Shown here one piece after another: positions 60,432 to 64,000 of a stretch of 64,000 nt of DNA; positions within the stretch are counted from its first letter, which is position 1; the number at the start of each line of letters is the position of its first letter. The stretch comes from Acidimicrobiales bacterium (GTDB lineage Bacteria > Actinomycetota > Acidimicrobiia > Acidimicrobiales > JAJPHD01). The position numbers and the translations under genes were made by a program. Below the pieces are notes generated by a model. It did no database searches and was not told where the DNA came from. It was given only the letters and a program-made list of their open reading frames with translations. The stretch covers positions 12,648-76,647 of the forward strand of contig JAVKSL010000005.1 of the NCBI GenBank assembly GCA_039583695.1, read 5' to 3'.

Positions 60432-61475
60432 GTGGGCATGGACGATACCCGTGTTGTGAACGTGCGAGGGCTCTGCAAGAGCTACGGCAAGCGCAAAGTG
60501 GTGAACGACGTCGACCTGGAGGTGCGCGCAGGTGAGATCGTGGGCTTGATCGGCGAGAACGGCGCCGGCAAGACGACCACCGTCGAATGCATCCAGGGGC
60601 TGCGACAACCCGACGCCGGCACGCTGGCAGTGCTCGGGCTGGACCCGCTGACCCAGGCCGATCGGCTGCGCGCCAAGATCGGCAGCCAGCTGCAGAGCTC
60701 GGGCCTACCCGATCGCCTGCGCGTGGCAGAAGCGGTGCAGCTGTTCGCTGGCCACGACGGCGCCGAGCTGCTGGAGCGCTTCGGGCTGGCGCAGCTCCGC
60801 CGATCCGCCTTTGCGTCCCTCAGCGGCGGCGAGCGTCAGCGACTGTTCTTGGTGCTGGCGTTGGTGAACCGCCCTCGCCTGGTGATCCTCGACGAGCTCA
60901 CCCAGGGCTTGGACCCCGCGGCTCGCCGGGGCGTGTGGGCGGCGGTGAAGGAGCTGCGCAGCGACGGCACGACCGTCCTGCTGGTCACCCACGAGCTCGA
61001 GGACGCAGAGAACCTCTGCGACCGCGTCGTCGCAATGCGGGCAGGGCGGGTTCTGGCGTCGGGGGCGCCGTGGGAGCTGATCGGGCGATACGGCCAGGCG
61101 GCGAGGATCACGTTCAGCCTGCCGCCGGAACGGGTGCCGGTCGTGGCACCCGACGCGATGGTCGATCTCCCGGGGGTCCTCACGGTCACCCACCTAGGCA
61201 CTCAGTTGACAGTCACGGGCGACCGGGCTGCGATCGCCCACGTCGGGGCCGCGTTGGTGAGCAGCGGCTGGGTTCCGCCGGACCTGTGCGTGCGGATCCC
61301 CAACCTGGAAGAGGCGCTCCTCGACCTGTTGGATCACGCCAAGTCGGACGCGCCACGCGACCCTGCCGGTGCCGGCCCGAGAACCCAGCCGACCCGAACG
61401 ACCCGACTGACCCGCACGACCCGATCGACCCAACTGACCCGACCGATAACCGAGCAGATAGGAGCAATTCGATGA
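60432..61475 (+). CDS. ABC transporter ATP-binding protein (DrrA/ABC-2 type) with a repeat-encoded Thr/Arg-rich tail
   Basis: GENGAGKTT, LSGGERQRL, LVILDELTQGLD. Confidence 0.9.
   Translation: MGMDDTRVVNVRGLCKSYGKRKVVNDVDLEVRAGEIVGLIGENGAGKTTTVECIQGLRQPDAGTLAVLGLDPLTQADRLRAKIGSQLQSSGLPDRLRVAEAVQLFAGHDGAELLERFGLAQLRRSAFASLSGGERQRLFLVLALVNRPRLVILDELTQGLDPAARRGVWAAVKELRSDGTTVLLVTHELEDAENLCDRVVAMRAGRVLASGAPWELIGRYGQAARITFSLPPERVPVVAPDAMVDLPGVLTVTHLGTQLTVTGDRAAIAHVGAALVSSGWVPPDLCVRIPNLEEALLDLLDHAKSDAPRDPAGAGPRTQPTRTTRLTRTTRSTQLTRPITEQIGAIR
61390..61452. repeat. 9-bp tandem repeat [CT]GACCCGNN x about 7 at the 3' end of the ABC ATPase gene
   Basis: cgacccgaa cgacccgac tgacccgca cgacccgat cgacccaac tgacccgac cgataaccg. 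Confidence 0.85.
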
Positions 61476-62209
61476 AGAGCCCGATGCGCCGTCTGGTCCA
61501 AGCCGAGCTCAGGCTGATGATGCGCGAGCCGCTGACCCTGACCTTCGTCTTCGTTTTCCCCGTGGTGACGATGTTGATAATCGGCGGTTCGTTCGGCACC
61601 AAGCCCGACATCGCCTTCGACGGCGCAAATCCTTCGCACTGGTACGTGGCGTCATACCTGACGGTGGTCATCGCCGCCACCGGGTTGATTATGATCCCGG
61701 TGCACCTCGCCTCCTACCGCGAGCGCGGCGTGCTGCGCCGCTTTACGGCGGCTGGCTTCTCCCGGTGGTCGTTTGCGCTCGCCCAGATGGTGAGCGGCCT
61801 GGTCGCCATCGCCGGGGGATCGGCCATCCTGCTGGCGGTGGCAGCCCTCGTCTACGGGCTGCCGGGCATGCACCACATGGGCAACGTCGTGGCGGCATTC
61901 GTGCTCGGCTCAGTAGCCTTCGTGAGCATCGGGGTCCTCCTGGGCGCTGTCCTGCCCTCGGCGCGCGCCGCTCAGGCGGTGGGGCTGCTCTTGTTCTTTC
62001 CTTCCTTCCTGCTTGGAGCCGGCGGACCTCCGCCGCACGTGATGGGCGCGGCGCTACGCGGGATCGCCGCTTACCTGCCCCTCACCCAGCTGACCGATGC
62101 GGTGCGTGGGCCCTGGCTCGGGATCGCCACCGCCACCGGCTCGCTGGCGGTCGCCGGGGCGCTGGCGGTGCTCGCCACTGCACTCGCTGCTCGACGCTCG
62201 CTGCTGTAG
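61472..62209 (+). CDS. ABC-2-type transporter permease
   Basis: MKSPMRRLVQAELRLMMREPLTLTFVFVFPVV..., 6 TM. ATGA overlap with the ATPase stop, GGAG RBS. Confidence 0.85.
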   Translation: MKSPMRRLVQAELRLMMREPLTLTFVFVFPVVTMLIIGGSFGTKPDIAFDGANPSHWYVASYLTVVIAATGLIMIPVHLASYRERGVLRRFTAAGFSRWSFALAQMVSGLVAIAGGSAILLAVAALVYGLPGMHHMGNVVAAFVLGSVAFVSIGVLLGAVLPSARAAQAVGLLLFFPSFLLGAGGPPPHVMGAALRGIAAYLPLTQLTDAVRGPWLGIATATGSLAVAGALAVLATALAARRSLL

Positions 62210-62214
62210 GCAAG

Positions 62215-63423
62215 GTGATCTCCTTGAGCCGGACGGATGCTCGGGCCTGGGGGGGCCCGAGCGCTCGTCAGCCTACGATCACCAAGGTGCTCGCCAACCT
62301 CGGCGTCCCCGGCGTCCCCGGCGGCGCCCTCGGGCTGCCTCGCAAGTACGGGTGGCTGGGACTCGGCCCGCTCAGCGCATTCGTGGTGGTCGGCGGCGCC
62401 TTCCGGGTCGCAGGTCATCCGTTCACGGTTGTCGGGGGGACACTGGTCGCGCTCGGCGCAGGAGTGCCCCTCTTCCTCGGTCGTTCTCGGGTCTCGATGG
62501 TGTATGCCGTGCTCGCCAGCGCCGGGGTGGTGACCGCAGCCAACGCGGATCCCCGCGATCTCGCTTGGTTCGCACTGTGCGTCCTGGCCGCCTGGTGCGT
62601 GTTCTGCTGGGGGAAAGCGGTGGGCGTGGCCTTCGGGGCCGCTGGCGTGGGGGTGCTCGGCGGCGAGTGGCTGTTCGCGCTCCGGGACCCAGGCTGGGCC
62701 CCGTGGGCTGCAGGGATATGCGCGAGCATGCTCGGTTTCGCACTCGTGCGCCACCAGCTCGTGCTTGTCGACCAGCTCAGGGCTGCCCAGGCCGACCTGG
62801 CCGAGCGGTCTCGCACCGAGGAGCGCAGCCGCATCGCCCGGGAGCTCCACGACGTCATCGCCCACAGCCTGACCGTGTCCCTTCTGCACGTCTCGGCCGC
62901 TCGGCTCGCGATCGAGCACGACCCCGGCGACGCGCTCCGGGCCCTTGCCGAGGCCGAGCGCCTCGGACGTCAGAGCCTGGCCGAGGTCCGTGCCACGGTG
63001 GGTCTCCTGGGATCCCAGCACCCGGGCGGCGTCGCTGCGCCGGTGCCTGGCGCTGGCCAGCTACCGGAGCTGGTACGCCAGCTTCGCGACAGCGGGGCCG
63101 ACGTGTCGTTGGTGATGGAAGGCGATTCCGGCGCACTCCCCGCGACCACGGGGTCGACGGTGTATCGCATCGTGCAAGAGGCCCTCACCAACGCGACCCG
63201 CCACGCGGCGGGCGCGGCGGTCGCGGTCCGGGTGGTCGCGGGACCCGGGGGGGTCGAGTTGAGTGTGGACAGTGCCGGCGCCCCCGGCCAGGGTTCGGGG
63301 ATGGGCCTGGCAAGCATGCGGGAGAGGGCCGCAGCACTCGGTGGCGCCTGCAGCGCCGGTCCCGGCGGCCGCGGCTGGCTGGTGAGGGCTTCCCTGCCGG
63401 TCGAGACGGGTAAGTCCCCATGA
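62215..63423 (+). CDS. Sensor histidine kinase (HisKA_3 / NarX-LiaS type); start uncertain
   Basis: TM region, then EERSRIARELHDVIAHSLT (H-box), VYRIVQEALTNATRHA, GMGLASMRERAAALGG. Confidence 0.85.
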   Translation: MISLSRTDARAWGGPSARQPTITKVLANLGVPGVPGGALGLPRKYGWLGLGPLSAFVVVGGAFRVAGHPFTVVGGTLVALGAGVPLFLGRSRVSMVYAVLASAGVVTAANADPRDLAWFALCVLAAWCVFCWGKAVGVAFGAAGVGVLGGEWLFALRDPGWAPWAAGICASMLGFALVRHQLVLVDQLRAAQADLAERSRTEERSRIARELHDVIAHSLTVSLLHVSAARLAIEHDPGDALRALAEAERLGRQSLAEVRATVGLLGSQHPGGVAAPVPGAGQLPELVRQLRDSGADVSLVMEGDSGALPATTGSTVYRIVQEALTNATRHAAGAAVAVRVVAGPGGVELSVDSAGAPGQGSGMGLASMRERAAALGGACSAGPGGRGWLVRASLPVETGKSP

Positions 63424-64000
63424 TCCGGGTGCTGCTGGTGGACGACCAGGACCTGGTGCGGGCCGGTCTGCGGGGGATCCTGCGCAGCCAACTCGGCTTC
63501 GAGGTCGTCGGTGAGTGCTCCGACGGCGCCGAGGTGCTCGACGCGGTGGCCGACACCGACCCGGATGTCGTACTCATGGACGTGCGCATGCCGGCCCAGG
63601 ACGGTGTTGAAGCGACCCGGCAGCTGCGGGCCGAGTGGCCCGCGATCCCGGTGCTCGCGCTGACCACTTTCGACGACGACGAGGCGCTCGCCGGGATGCT
63701 GCGGGCCGGCGCAGCGGGCTTCGTGCTCAAAGGAGTCCCCGCAGAGGAGCTCCACAGGGCCGTGCGGATCGTCGCCGGGGGAGGAGCCTGGCTGGATCCG
63801 GGGGTGACCGGCCGGGTGTTGGCGGTCTACCGCGGCGCACGCGCCGGCCGATCCGAGGCGCCAGCACCGCTGGCCGCCGTGACCGCCCGGGAGCGCGAGG
63901 TGCTCGAACTGATCGCTCACGGCCACACGAACACCGAGATTGCCCGGCGGCTCTTCGTCGGCGAAGGGACCGTCAAGACCCACGTCAACCACTTGTTCAC
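63420..64000 (+). CDS. NarL/LuxR-family response regulator (runs off the window; not in the ORF track)
   Basis: My translation: MIRVLLVDDQDLVRAGLRGIL...DVVLMDVRMP...LTAREREVLELIAHGHTNTEIARRLFVGEGTVKTHVNHLF. ATGA overlap with the kinase stop. Confidence 0.88.
   Translation, partial: MIRVLLVDDQDLVRAGLRGILRSQLGFEVVGECSDGAEVLDAVADTDPDVVLMDVRMPAQDGVEATRQLRAEWPAIPVLALTTFDDDEALAGMLRAGAAGFVLKGVPAEELHRAVRIVAGGGAWLDPGVTGRVLAVYRGARAGRSEAPAPLAAVTAREREVLELIAHGHTNTEIARRLFVGEGTVKTHVNHLF

Noticed and set aside
16910-61452. Tandem repeats as possible CRISPR arrays
   Set aside because: The units are 9-36 bp and directly adjacent with no unique spacers, and most lie inside coding frames. There are no cas genes in the window.
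61390-61452. GACCCG-containing nonamers as TraB recognition (clt-like) repeats for the AICE
   Set aside because: There is a superficial resemblance to the GACCCGGA-type repeats bound by Streptomyces TraB. However, the array is 50 kb from the element, lies inside an ABC ATPase reading frame, and lacks the GGA.

Overview
High-GC (about 70%) chromosomal segment, most likely Actinomycetota. This is inferred from mycothiol mshA, Ni-SOD sodN/sodX, a pSAM2-type integrative element and leaderless-type promoters; the class cannot be determined by eye. Layout: (i) 1-12.6 kb is an accessory island. It holds a co-directional sORF / SDH-ClpP-fold protease / type III Res / Mod cluster (Mod runs off the left edge), an HD hydrolase, and an actinomycete integrative-conjugative element (AICE: XRE regulator, Nudix, FtsK-like Tra, RepSA-like Rep, Xis, Int) inserted next to tRNA-Lys(UUU). 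The integrase is inactivated. (ii) 12.7-35.6 kb is core: dksA/traR-like, hydrolases, moaD-like, sodN/sodX, mshA, proC, and a heme cluster (sirC-like, hemA, hemC, cobA-hemD, hemB, hemL). The heme cluster is interrupted by an XPB helicase pair and a FUSC-family membrane gene, and the FUSC gene is bracketed by a 255-bp duplication of the hemB 5' end. (iii) 35.6-51.7 kb is a complete nuoA-N operon with several lineage-specific insertions. (iv) 51.7-60.4 kb is a decaying accessory region. It contains a two-gene nucleotidyltransferase cassette flanked by a duplicated nuoN 3' end, PadR, an orphan nuclease-like gene, an IS110 remnant, a tandem GNAT, and remnants of racemase, P450, VOC, MerR and PurU-like genes. 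(v) 60.4-64 kb carries an ABC-2 exporter plus a NarL-type two-component system (the response regulator runs off the right edge). No rRNA or CRISPR was seen. The candidates I consider most worth follow-up are the protease-linked Res-Mod cluster, the repeat-flanked NTase cassette, the hemB-promoter capture by the FUSC gene, and the fossilised AICE. Most other long ORFs in the track are antisense or out-of-frame shadows typical of high-GC DNA.
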